From positions 1-25,746 of the IMG/VR virus record IMGVR_UViG_3300025086_000208: a stretch of 25,746 nt of DNA; one strand, 5' to 3'. Below the pieces are notes generated by a model that worked only from the letters and a program-made list of their open reading frames with translations, was not told the DNA's origin and ran no database searches. Position numbers and translations under genes: made by a program. Source of the DNA: a virus. Taxonomy: Duplodnaviria > Caudoviricetes. Below are positions 1-8,814 of this stretch, piece by piece (the first letter of the stretch is position 1; every line of letters starts with the position of its first letter).

Positions 1-495
1 GCAATTGCAGTCTTAGTAGACCTAATGACTGCCAATGCCTTCACAATGACTCGGCAACCTTACGAGCCAAACTATCGTGGCCTGGTTGATGCAGTTATCG
101 ATCTAAAAGAAGGTTTCCCTGTATTTGCACCAGAAAGGATCGGTTTTGACGCCACCACTTTTGAGTCCGTGGCTGACGGCGACGCACTGTATATGAGAAG
201 TAGTGATGGGCAAGTAGGTAAAGCTCAGGCTGATGGTACACAGGACGAAGCTCTTGTTGTTGGTTTTGCAGATGATGCTGCGGCATCAGGTGCAATTGTA
301 AAAGTACTTGTTGCTGGATTACTTGATTATCCAAGCGCTATCGACCCAGGCGATGTGTACTTTCTCAGCACGACGCCTGGAGCTATAGCCACATCATCAC
401 CTACAGGATCTGGTGAATTTGTAGCACGTGTTGGTGAAGGAGCAACTACATCCAAATTTAGCATTCAACTTGAACCTCCAATGAGACTGAACTGA
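1..495 (+). CDS. Virion structural protein, DUF2190/capsid-cement-like beta fold; 5'-partial
   Basis: The frame is open from base 1 (AIAVLVDLM...), so the ATG at 25 is probably internal. Clear paralogue of 495..956 (ALYxRSSDGxVG, DEAxVVGFA, RVGE, IQLEPP). Confidence 0.6.
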   Translation, partial: AIAVLVDLMTANAFTMTRQPYEPNYRGLVDAVIDLKEGFPVFAPERIGFDATTFESVADGDALYMRSSDGQVGKAQADGTQDEALVVGFADDAAASGAIVKVLVAGLLDYPSAIDPGDVYFLSTTPGAIATSSPTGSGEFVARVGEGATTSKFSIQLEPPMRLN

Positions 496-956
496 TGGCA
501 GGAGTCAGTAATTACAAACCATACTCTTCAAATGCCGAGGGGTTTACTCAAGTACTCATTGACTTGAAAGACACCATGGCAGGTAAAACTGTCTATGCAG
601 TTGCTGGTTTTGGTGCTTTAGCCTTTGAAAATGTGACTCAGGGTGCAGCTCTTTATTCACGTTCTTCAGATGGCAAGGTTGGTTTAGCGCGAGCTGCGGG
701 AACGCTTGATGAAGCTACGGTTGTCGGTTTTGCTCAGACCGCAAAGAATGCAGGCGAAGAAGTTCGTGTTCTTACGATCGGTGTCCTCGCTACTTCTGGT
801 TTAGATGCAGGAGATCCGTTTTACCTTGCTACAGGCTACGGGGGTATAACAGCAACACCACCATCGACAGCTGGACAATATCTAGTGAGAGTAGGTGAGG
901 CGTCTACAACAGCAAACTTAATCATTCAATTAGAACCTCCGATTCTTCTGAGTTAA
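495..956 (+). CDS. Virion structural protein, DUF2190/capsid-cement-like, paralogue of the upstream gene
   Basis: 153 aa ORF with TGATG stop/start coupling to the previous gene. Gly/Ala/Thr-rich, with the same motifs as 1..495. Confidence 0.65.
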   Translation: MAGVSNYKPYSSNAEGFTQVLIDLKDTMAGKTVYAVAGFGALAFENVTQGAALYSRSSDGKVGLARAAGTLDEATVVGFAQTAKNAGEEVRVLTIGVLATSGLDAGDPFYLATGYGGITATPPSTAGQYLVRVGEASTTANLIIQLEPPILLS

Positions 957-969
957 TTTTTACCACTGA

Positions 970-982
970 TAGGATAGATCCA
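970..982 (+). promoter_or_regulatory. -10-type promoter, TAGGAT-AGATCC-A; predicted +1 is the A of the start codon
   Basis: One of four copies of TARRATAGATCYA, each directly upstream of a gene. Confidence 0.6.
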
Positions 983-2163
983 TGGCAACAAAAAACTCAT
1001 TAATCCTAAATTCAGGGTTTATCCAGGAGCTAAACACCTCTTCGGATAAGTTAAATCTTGCTGGAAATAGTACTTCTGATCTGTCTGAAGGCACTAATCA
1101 GTACTTTACAAATGCCAGAGCAAGAGGTGCAATATCTGTTACTGATTCCGGAGGCGATGGGTCTCTTGCTTACAATTCAAGCACCGGTGTAATTACTTAT
1201 ACAGGATCAAGTGCAAGTGAAGTACGTGCTCATTTAAGTGTTGCATCAGGATCGGGGCTTACGTATAACAACGGGTCAGGAGAATTTGGTACAAGTGCAA
1301 TACCTAATAGCCAGCTAGCAAACAGCTCGTTAACGGTTGGTTCGACAAGCATTGCACTTGGTGCCACTGCAACCACAGTTGCTGGTCTTACGTCTCTCAC
1401 ATCCACCACACTTGAAGGTACAACTACCGTACGAGTTGGTGCAGCAGATGCAGCAAACGGAATACTTCTAAATTCCTCTGGGATTACATTTGAAGGTTCT
1501 AGTGCTGATGCGAACGAAACAACTATTTCAGTAACGAATGCCACTGCAGATCGTTCAATACTTTTTCCAGATGCCGGTGGCACTGTAGCGCTACTCACCT
1601 CTCTAAGCGCAAGTAACAGCGGAACGGGACATGGATCTTTAGCGTATAACAATTCAACAGGTGCTTTTACTTATACAAAAGTTACAGCTGCAAACATAAG
1701 AGGTGAAATCTCAGTCACTGACGCTGGTGGGGATGGAAGTCTTGCTTATAACAACTCGACAGGAGTAATAACTTACACAGGGCCGAGTGCTAGTGAAGTA
1801 CGTGCTCATTTAAGTGTTGCATCAGGATCGGGGCTTACGTATAACAGCTCGACAGGGGAGTTCGGTACAAATGCAATACCTAATTCTCAACTAGCAAACT
1901 CCACAGTGACGGTTGGCTCTACCTCAATTGCTTTAGGTAGTTCAGCCACGACTATTGCAGGCTTGACATCAATAACTTCAGCTGCATTAGTGACTAACGA
2001 TAGTGGCTTTAGAGTTAGAGATGATTCAGACAACACAAAACAACTTGCTTTCGAGTGTTCTGGTATAGCATCCTCGACAACTCGAACGATGACCGTTCCT
2101 AATTCGAGCGGAACAATCGCTACAGAAGATTTTGCTACCGCAATTGCAGTTGCATTAGGATAG
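982..2163 (+). CDS. Tail fibre / fibre-like structural protein with an internal duplication
   Basis: 393 aa, Ser/Thr/Gly-rich. Has the STSDLSEGTNQYFTNARAR and LxYNxSTGxxTY repeats typical of phage fibres. Ends AIAVALG. Confidence 0.75.
   Translation: MATKNSLILNSGFIQELNTSSDKLNLAGNSTSDLSEGTNQYFTNARARGAISVTDSGGDGSLAYNSSTGVITYTGSSASEVRAHLSVASGSGLTYNNGSGEFGTSAIPNSQLANSSLTVGSTSIALGATATTVAGLTSLTSTTLEGTTTVRVGAADAANGILLNSSGITFEGSSADANETTISVTNATADRSILFPDAGGTVALLTSLSASNSGTGHGSLAYNNSTGAFTYTKVTAANIRGEISVTDAGGDGSLAYNNSTGVITYTGPSASEVRAHLSVASGSGLTYNSSTGEFGTNAIPNSQLANSTVTVGSTSIALGSSATTIAGLTSITSAALVTNDSGFRVRDDSDNTKQLAFECSGIASSTTRTMTVPNSSGTIATEDFATAIAVALG
1120..1980 (+). repeat. Intragenic direct repeat of about 95 codons (about 1120-1400 and 1696-1980), with a 55-bp identical core at 1216-1270 and 1792-1846
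   Basis: Direct comparison: AGTGAAGTACGTGCTCATTTAAGTGTTGCATCAGGATCGGGGCTTACGTATAACA occurs twice, 576 nt apart. Confidence 0.9.
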
Positions 2164-2168
2164 ATCTA
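2156..2168 (+). promoter_or_regulatory. -10-type promoter, TAGGAT-AGATCT-A; overlaps the upstream stop codon, predicted leaderless
   Basis: Copy of the TARRATAGATCYA motif. The last A is the start codon of 2168..2572. Confidence 0.5.
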
Positions 2169-2572
2169 TGGCAACCCAAGTACAATTCCGCAGAGGCACA
2201 ACTGTCCAGCATTCAGTCTTTACAGGCGCTGCTGGTGAAGTTACTGTCGACACTGATAAGAATGCATGCGTAATACACGATGCAGCAACAGTAGGAGGCT
2301 TTCCTCTTCTCAGAGATGATGGGAGTAATTCTCAACTTGCTTTAGGCTCATTAAGTAGTTGCGCTTTAAAATTTGCCTCTGATCCCAACACCGGAATTAT
2401 TTCACCGGGACCTGACCAAGTGTCATTCGTGACGGGTGGTGTTGCTAGGCTTACAATAGATTCAGCTGGCGCTATTAGCGTTCCTGGTAATGTCACGATT
2501 ACTGGAAGTTTGACAGTAAGCGGTGCATTCGATTCATCCGAAAACCTCGCTCTGATTGTCGCCTTAGGATAA
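2168..2572 (+). CDS. Short tail-fibre protein with a major-tropism-determinant/hyaluronidase-like N-terminal domain
   Basis: MATQVQFRRGTT...FTGAAGEVTVDTDK...IHD...GGFPL is the Mtd_N-type signature. Ends LIVALG. Confidence 0.75.
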   Translation: MATQVQFRRGTTVQHSVFTGAAGEVTVDTDKNACVIHDAATVGGFPLLRDDGSNSQLALGSLSSCALKFASDPNTGIISPGPDQVSFVTGGVARLTIDSAGAISVPGNVTITGSLTVSGAFDSSENLALIVALG

Positions 2573-2573
2573 T

Positions 2574-2918
2574 ATGGCAAACACTTTTAAAATCGACACC
2601 AAGTCAAGCCTCGTTACTACGGTAATCACAGATTCCGCAACTAACGTTCTTACTGTAGGAAACACTGCAACCTTGGTTTTGCTTAGCTGTCTTGTTTCAA
2701 ATAAAGCCAGTAGTAGCGCTGATGTTGATATTTATTTGGTCACAAACACCGGCGACGATGTTTATCTAATTCGTAATGCGCCAGTTCCTGCGGGTTCTAC
2801 CCTCGAGGTGATTTCGGGATCAAAAATTATTCTTGAATCAAATGATGTACTTAGAGCGCGTAGCAATACGGCAACAGCTCTAGATCTATCAATTAGCTAC
2901 TTAGAGCAGACTCCTTAA
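2574..2918 (+). CDS. Conserved phage structural protein (MANTFK family, probable fibre adaptor/tip)
   Basis: MANTFK start and the PxGSTLE...KIILExxDxL...DxxISYLE pattern, seen in marine phage tail regions after genes ending in ALG. Confidence 0.65.
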   Translation: MANTFKIDTKSSLVTTVITDSATNVLTVGNTATLVLLSCLVSNKASSSADVDIYLVTNTGDDVYLIRNAPVPAGSTLEVISGSKIILESNDVLRARSNTATALDLSISYLEQTP

Positions 2919-2924
2919 TAGGTC

Positions 2925-3221
2925 ATGGGTTTAACAACTAATGAAGCTACAGAATTAGTAAAGGCGTTAACTCTTCGTGTAGAGGAGCTGGAAGCTCTTC
3001 TTAATCCTGTCGCAATTCTTTCGCAGGAAGATTCTTCTTGGCGAGTAGTAAGACAGAAAAGGGACGCTCTCTTACGTTCCACTGACTGGGTGATGACCCC
3101 AGGCTCTACCATTGATCAGGCCGCTTGGGCTGCATACAGACAAGCACTTCGTGATCTTCCTCAAACTTATCAGGCTGCTAGATTAGAAGATATCAGTTGG
3201 CCTGTCCAGCCCAGTCTGTAA
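2925..3221 (+). CDS. Tail fibre assembly chaperone
   Basis: WxxVRxxRDxLLxxTDW...WxxYRQALRDLP...WPxxP signature. Confidence 0.85.
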   Translation: MGLTTNEATELVKALTLRVEELEALLNPVAILSQEDSSWRVVRQKRDALLRSTDWVMTPGSTIDQAAWAAYRQALRDLPQTYQAARLEDISWPVQPSL

Positions 3222-3230
3222 AAATTTTAA

Positions 3231-6200
3231 ATGGCTTACATCGGTAACGACCTTGAGGTAGCTTTTCAAAGTTATCTGATCATTGATGATATTAGTTCTT
3301 CTTTCAATGGCAGTGTTACAAGTTTTGCCCTACAAGTAGGTGGTGCAGCACCTGTACCTTTACCAATTAACCCCCAGCAATGTTTAATTTCAATCGCTGG
3401 TGTTATTCAAGAGCCTGATCCTACAGGCTCATCAGGTTTTAATCTTAGCGGCGGTAATATTGTATTTAGCTCAGCACCATCAGGTGGTGCAAGCTTCTTT
3501 GGTGTAATTCTTGCTGGTGCTGATTATGTCAATGTAGGTGTTGATTTCCCGGCAGGCAGTGTCGCCGCGCCCTCTATCACCTTCGTCACGGACAAAGATA
3601 CTGGGTTCTTCTCAAAAGCAGCTAATGAAATCGGCATTGCATGTGCTGGTACTGAGGTTGGTGTATTTAGTGCGACTGGTCTGAGCAGTGGCTTTGCTGA
3701 CGGATCTGCTGCTAGTCCAAGCATCTTTTTCACGTCAGATACGAACACAGGCCTTGCACGTCCTGCGTCTGACGAAATTATCATCACGACAGGTGGTGTT
3801 GAGCGTGCTTCGTTTGGCAGCGCAGAAATTGTATTTAACGATGCAAGTAATGATTTAGATTTCCGCGTTGAAGGGAATGGTGATGCCAACCTTCTACACA
3901 TAGATGCAGGTAATGACAGGGTAGGTATCTCTACTGCAACTCCTTCAGCACTTCTTGATGTTGATGGTGGAGACGCCTTAATCCATGAGGTCACTGTTGG
4001 CCGTGGAGCGGGTGACGTTGCGACAAACACGGTTGTTGGCAACAACGCACTAGATGCAAATACTTCAGGTTTAAAAAATGTTGCTGTTGGCGCAGATGCA
4101 CTTGGAGCAAACACCACTGGTGCTAGCAACGTATCCGTTGGTTATCTTGCTCTCGATGCAAACACTACTGCAGATAACAACACTGCTGTCGGCAGATCGG
4201 CTCTTACCGATTGCACTACGGGGGGCGAAAACACAGCGTTAGGTAGCAATGCTTTAGCAAACTTAACCACTGGAACGCATAATGTTGCCGTCGGTTATAT
4301 CGCTTTAGACACAGTAACTACAGGAAACAATAACGTAGCAGTTGGCAATGAAGCACTGCAAAAGAATACGACCGCTGGCGATAATACGGCTGTGGGTTAT
4401 CAAGCTTTAGAAGAGAACACCACTGGCAGCAGTAACACTGCAGTCGGTTCACAAGCGCTTGATTCAAACACCACTGGTGGCAGCAACAGTGCCTTTGGTA
4501 AGCATGCTGGAAAATCAGTTACAACGGGATCTAACAATAGCTTTTTTGGCACATTAGCTGGAGAAAATACAACCACTGCTGATTTTAACTGCGCGTTCGG
4601 CCAAGAAGCGTTAGAAGCAAATACAACAGGTGCATCTAACATTGCCCTCGGTTTTAGAGCTTTAGAAGCAAACACCACTGGAGCTAATAACACAGCTACT
4701 GGAAGCAGTGCTCTCCAGGCAAACACCACTGGCGTTGAGAACACAGCTAGCGGATACCGAGCCATTTATTCCAACACCACAGGCATTAGAAACACAGCTA
4801 ACGGAGCCCAAGTTTTATATAGCAACACTACTGGTAATTACAACGTAGCTAACGGATTTAACGCTTTATACGCCAACACTACTGGTTCTGATAACACGGC
4901 TAATGGATACTTAGCTCTTACTGCCAACACCACTGGCATTAGAAACACAGCTACCGGAGAAGGCGCTCTCGGATCCAACACTACTGCTGCTAACAACGCC
5001 GCTCACGGGTATAGAGCCCTGTATAACAACACCACTGGTGCTCAAAATAACGCCATTGGATACCAAGCCCTTTATACCAATACCACTGGCGCTAACAACG
5101 AAGCTATTGGTTACCAAGCTCTTTGGGCTAACACCATTGGTGGTAACAACGTAGCTGTTGGGCGACAAGCTCTTTATTCAAATACCCAATCTGATAACAA
5201 CACAGCCATCGGGTTTAAGGCTCTCTATAGCAGCGTCAGTGGTGATAGCAACACAGCCGTTGGACGAAAAGCTCTTTACGCAAACACTACTGCTGATCAA
5301 AACACTGCCATAGGACAAGGTGCTCTTACTGCTAACACCACTGGATCTGACAATGTAGCTGTTGGATTTAATTCTTTGGTTTATAGCACCACTGGCACGG
5401 GAAATGTTACGGTCGGTTCTCAATCTTCTTTTAACAATACTACTGGCAGCTTTAATAGTGTTGTCGGATATAAAGCTTTTTATACAAACACTACTGGCGC
5501 TGAATGTGCAGCTAATGGGTATCAAGCTTTATATAGCAACACCACTGGAAGTAAAAACACCGCCGCTGGATGGGCTGCTCTTTATAACAACACCACTGCT
5601 TCAGATAATACGGCTACCGGACGTGCTGCTTTGTTTACCAACACAACTGGTCACAGCAACGCAGCCTTTGGAAAAGAAGCTCTTTATAACAATACCAGTG
5701 CTATTAATAACACAGCGGTTGGTTTAAGTGCTCTTTATAACGTCACCACTGGCAATAACAACACTGCAATTGGCAAAGGTGCGGGTGTCGCAATTACTAC
5801 TGGCGCTTCAAATATTTGCGTTGGTTATAACGCTGACGCTGCTGCAAATAGCCAAGTATATTCAATTACAATCGGTACAAGCATTTCGGCTATAGGCGAT
5901 AATTATTTTACTTTTGGCAGCTCAGGTAACAGGGTCTACAACCAGTTCACATCAAACGCATCGTGGACTCGCAGCTCCGATGTTCGCCTAAAGAAAGACA
6001 TTCAAACCAATGCTGATTTGGGTCTTGGTTTTATTAACGACCTCAGAACCGTTACTTATAAATGGAAAGCACCGTCTGAGCTTGATAGCGACTTGTACGG
6101 CTACGACGCAAGCAAGACCGAAGCTAGCTACACCAACAAGATGTATGGCTTTATTGCTCAAGAGGTAAAGCAAGCCTTAGATGATCACAACGTCACTGAC

Positions 6201-6341
6201 TTTGCTGGTTGGACTGTTGACAATGAAGACATCCAAGGCATCAGCTACGAGATGTTCGTGATGCCGCTGGTAAAAGCTGTGCAGGAACTGTCTGCAGAAA
6301 ATACTGCGCTCAAAGCTAGACTGGATGCTGCAGGCATCTAA
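3231..6341 (+). CDS. Long tail fibre with a 17-residue repeat solenoid and a C-terminal intramolecular chaperone (peptidase S74)
   Basis: MAYIG N-terminus. About 35 NTAVGxxALxxNTTGxx repeats. SDVRLKKDI cleavage motif, GFIAQEV, LVKAVQELSAEN coiled coil. Confidence 0.9.
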   Translation: MAYIGNDLEVAFQSYLIIDDISSSFNGSVTSFALQVGGAAPVPLPINPQQCLISIAGVIQEPDPTGSSGFNLSGGNIVFSSAPSGGASFFGVILAGADYVNVGVDFPAGSVAAPSITFVTDKDTGFFSKAANEIGIACAGTEVGVFSATGLSSGFADGSAASPSIFFTSDTNTGLARPASDEIIITTGGVERASFGSAEIVFNDASNDLDFRVEGNGDANLLHIDAGNDRVGISTATPSALLDVDGGDALIHEVTVGRGAGDVATNTVVGNNALDANTSGLKNVAVGADALGANTTGASNVSVGYLALDANTTADNNTAVGRSALTDCTTGGENTALGSNALANLTTGTHNVAVGYIALDTVTTGNNNVAVGNEALQKNTTAGDNTAVGYQALEENTTGSSNTAVGSQALDSNTTGGSNSAFGKHAGKSVTTGSNNSFFGTLAGENTTTADFNCAFGQEALEANTTGASNIALGFRALEANTTGANNTATGSSALQANTTGVENTASGYRAIYSNTTGIRNTANGAQVLYSNTTGNYNVANGFNALYANTTGSDNTANGYLALTANTTGIRNTATGEGALGSNTTAANNAAHGYRALYNNTTGAQNNAIGYQALYTNTTGANNEAIGYQALWANTIGGNNVAVGRQALYSNTQSDNNTAIGFKALYSSVSGDSNTAVGRKALYANTTADQNTAIGQGALTANTTGSDNVAVGFNSLVYSTTGTGNVTVGSQSSFNNTTGSFNSVVGYKAFYTNTTGAECAANGYQALYSNTTGSKNTAAGWAALYNNTTASDNTATGRAALFTNTTGHSNAAFGKEALYNNTSAINNTAVGLSALYNVTTGNNNTAIGKGAGVAITTGASNICVGYNADAAANSQVYSITIGTSISAIGDNYFTFGSSGNRVYNQFTSNASWTRSSDVRLKKDIQTNADLGLGFINDLRTVTYKWKAPSELDSDLYGYDASKTEASYTNKMYGFIAQEVKQALDDHNVTDFAGWTVDNEDIQGISYEMFVMPLVKAVQELSAENTALKARLDAAGI
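4025..5830 (+). repeat. Degenerate 51-nt coding tandem repeat (17-aa unit, about 35 copies)
   Basis: Recurrent AACACCACTGG and AACAC(A/G)GC at 51-nt periodicity, matching the protein repeat. Copy number estimated from span divided by 51. Confidence 0.85.
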
Positions 6342-6362
6342 CCTCTACTTTTTAACACAACA

Positions 6363-6593
6363 ATGTCCGAAGAAACTTTGACCGCTGCAGAAATTGCCAA
6401 AAACTATTCTGCAGCTTTGGATTCCGTCAATCTCATTAATGACTTGATGGACCTGTCCAGCCGTACCGAAGAAGAAACAGCAACAGTTTCACGCAACGTC
6501 GAGCATCTTCAGATTATGGTTACTAAGACCTACTGGACGAGTGAAGACCTTGATCCTCTTAATGATGCTGTCACTCGAGGTGGTGCAGCCTGA
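6363..6593 (+). CDS. Small conserved tail-fibre-associated protein
   Basis: 76 aa with AxxDSVxLI and RNVEHLxIM...WTxEDLxP, a pattern I recognise from genes following S74 fibres in marine phages. Confidence 0.65.
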   Translation: MSEETLTAAEIAKNYSAALDSVNLINDLMDLSSRTEEETATVSRNVEHLQIMVTKTYWTSEDLDPLNDAVTRGGAA

Positions 6594-6600
6594 TCGTTTG

Positions 6601-6627
6601 AACCATCCCTTCAAGGGGTGGTTTTTT
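6601..6627 (+). terminator. Rho-independent terminator
   Basis: Stem-loop AACCATCCCT-TCA-AGGGGTGGTT running into a T tract, 8 nt after the stop codon. Confidence 0.8.
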
Positions 6628-6647
6628 ATTGACAAGAATAAGACCTT

Positions 6648-6660
6648 TAGAATAGATCTA
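6648..6660 (+). promoter_or_regulatory. -10-type promoter, TAGAAT-AGATCT-A, for the second tail fibre
   Basis: Copy of TARRATAGATCYA just downstream of the terminator and 18 nt before the GTG start. Confidence 0.65.
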
Positions 6661-6678
6661 TCTAGATGTAGTTAGAAA

Positions 6679-8745
6679 GTGCCTTACATTGGAAAGCAGC
6701 TGGTTCGTGGCCAGAACCGTAAGTTAGACGACATTTCCGGTGGCTTTAATGGTAGCCAGACGACATTCACGTTACAGATCGCAAGCCAGAACGTAAGTGT
6801 TGGAAGTGCCCTCCAGCTATGGATTTCAGTTGGCGGTATAATCCAGAACCCTCTCACTGATTTCACCATCGCAGGTAATCAGATTACTTTTACCACGGCT
6901 CCTGCAGCCAGCCTTGATTTCTTTGGTGTCATTCAGGGCGACGTAACAGATACTAATACTCCTGGTGATGCGACCGTCACTACTTCAAAGCTTGCAAGTG
7001 GGCTTACTGTTAATTTAGCTGACGGTTCAGCTGCTACTTCGTCCCTTCAGTTAGGCGGCACTGATAGTGGTCTGTTCAGTAGTGCAGCAGATAAGGTGAA
7101 TGTCACCACAGGTGGTGTTGAGCGTTTAGAGATTGGCAGTTCTGAAGTTGTATTCAACGACGGCAGCAATGATGTTGACTTCCGCGTCGAGTCAAATGGC
7201 CAGACTCACATGCTGTTTGTCGATGGTGGAAATGATCGGATTGGTATAGGCACGGCGTCGCCTGTCCGTGACTTACAGCTTGGTGATAATACGTCTGCAA
7301 GTGAAATAATCTCTCTCCAAACTTCAACTTCCGGCAAAGGCTCCATTTATTTTGGAGATAACACAGCAACTTCTGCTGAATTTGCAGGAATGCTGAGATA
7401 CGATCACGCTGATAATTCAATGCAGTTTCGTACTTCATCGGTTGAGGCGCTACGAATCGACTCAAGTGGCCGGATGTTACTGGGAACCAGCAGTGACCAA
7501 TCAGAAAGCGATGCAAACGCTAAAGTTCAAATATTTACCTCAAGCGCAGGTAAGTTACTACTTGGAAGAGAAGATAGTTCAGTAGCTGCTGACGATTTTA
7601 TCGGAATTATTGACTTTCGTTCAACCGATGGGGGGTCTCAAAAAGTTGCTCGCATTGCTTGTCAAGCAAGCGGTGCTCATGCCGCTAATGACAAACCTGG
7701 CCGTCTCGTATTTTCCACCACCGCCGCTGGTGCATCGAGCCCTACGGAGCGGATGAGGATTAGTAGCGATGGGAATATTACTGCTACAGGCACTGCTGAG
7801 TTTGGTGGTGTCTTATCAGTAAACCGAACGAGTAGTGGTGACGGTTGTTTTCATGCCAAGCTAAACGGAACAACAAAGGCTTCCATTGCTTCAGACGGCA
7901 CCGCCACTTTTGCTAGCACAATTATTTCACAAGGGGACGCTGGCGCAGGGGCTAATAATGGATCGAGAATAGACGGACAGAGTGGATTCTCTGCCTCTTT
8001 TGATAGTACAGGCTCGTTTATATATAGAGGCTATACGACCGGCAATTCAACAGCTACCTTTTCTGTTTCAGCAGGCGGCGAAGGCTTGTTCAAACAAAGA
8101 GTAAAAACTGGTCATGCGGCAGTAAGTGGCACTTCTGTTGACTACGGCATTACTGCTTATTCGAATAGAACAAGTACAGGTAATACATCTACTGTATTTG
8201 CTCAAAACTTTAACGCTGGTGGACGCACTTTCTGTGGAGTAAACTCTTCTGGAACCACTACTTGTTCAATCCTAGGTAACGGAAACGCGACATTTGCTGG
8301 GTCTCTTTCTAAGGGGTCAGGCTCATTTAAAATCAGCCATCCTTTACCTGCTAAAGCCGAAACGCATCATCTTGTTCACTCTTTTATTGAAGGACCGCAG
8401 GCTGATCTAATTTATCGCGGTTACGTTGACTTAGTTGATGGTCAAGCAACAGTTAACATTGATACTGCAGGTCGTATGTCAGAAGGCACATTTGAAGTGC
8501 TTTGTACCAACGTTAGTTGTTTTACAAGTAACGAATCTGATTGGATCGCTGTTAAAGGTTCAGTCACAGGCAATGTGTTAACAATTGCCGCTCAAGATGC
8601 AACAGCAACAAGCAAGGTGTCTTGGATGGTTGTTGGCGAACGTAAAGATCAGCACATGATTGATACCGACTGGACTGATGCCGCTGGTCGCGTCATTACA
8701 GAACCTGAGAAGGTTGTTGAAGCAGTGGAAGAAACAGAAGAATGA
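6679..8745 (+). CDS. Second long tail fibre, N-terminally paralogous to 3231..6341
   Basis: MPYIG...DDISGGFNGSQTTFTL N-terminus and the shared TTGGVER...VFNDxSNDxDFRVE module. ERMRIxSxGN repeats. C-terminal FKISHP...LVHSFIEGP domain. Confidence 0.85.
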   Translation: MPYIGKQLVRGQNRKLDDISGGFNGSQTTFTLQIASQNVSVGSALQLWISVGGIIQNPLTDFTIAGNQITFTTAPAASLDFFGVIQGDVTDTNTPGDATVTTSKLASGLTVNLADGSAATSSLQLGGTDSGLFSSAADKVNVTTGGVERLEIGSSEVVFNDGSNDVDFRVESNGQTHMLFVDGGNDRIGIGTASPVRDLQLGDNTSASEIISLQTSTSGKGSIYFGDNTATSAEFAGMLRYDHADNSMQFRTSSVEALRIDSSGRMLLGTSSDQSESDANAKVQIFTSSAGKLLLGREDSSVAADDFIGIIDFRSTDGGSQKVARIACQASGAHAANDKPGRLVFSTTAAGASSPTERMRISSDGNITATGTAEFGGVLSVNRTSSGDGCFHAKLNGTTKASIASDGTATFASTIISQGDAGAGANNGSRIDGQSGFSASFDSTGSFIYRGYTTGNSTATFSVSAGGEGLFKQRVKTGHAAVSGTSVDYGITAYSNRTSTGNTSTVFAQNFNAGGRTFCGVNSSGTTTCSILGNGNATFAGSLSKGSGSFKISHPLPAKAETHHLVHSFIEGPQADLIYRGYVDLVDGQATVNIDTAGRMSEGTFEVLCTNVSCFTSNESDWIAVKGSVTGNVLTIAAQDATATSKVSWMVVGERKDQHMIDTDWTDAAGRVITEPEKVVEAVEETEE

Positions 8746-8753
8746 TTAGCAAC

Positions 8754-8775
8754 CGCCCCATGGCAACGTGGGGCG
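8754..8775 (+). other. GC-rich hairpin with a GNRA loop and no U tract
   Basis: CGCCCCATG-GCAA-CGTGGGGCG, 8 nt after the fibre stop codon. Confidence 0.7.
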
Positions 8776-8814
8776 CTCAAGTTACACTCGAAGTTGAGGA
8801 GTGTCTACCAAAAG

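Noticed and set aside
4025-5830. Periodic AACACCACTGG repeats as a CRISPR or ncRNA array
   Set aside because: The 51-nt period is an in-frame 17-aa protein repeat with synonymous variation. There are no unique spacers and no cas genes.
1230-7516. Long antisense or alternate-frame ORFs over the fibre genes (e.g. 1230..1652, 3524..4129, 4400..4765, 5362..5727, 7154..7516)
   Set aside because: These are shadows of codon-biased repetitive genes, with no recognisable motifs or initiation signals.
2168-8775. Diversity-generating retroelement (Mtd_N domain, hairpin after a fibre gene)
   Set aside because: No reverse transcriptase, no template/variable repeat pair differing at adenines and no C-type lectin tip in the window.
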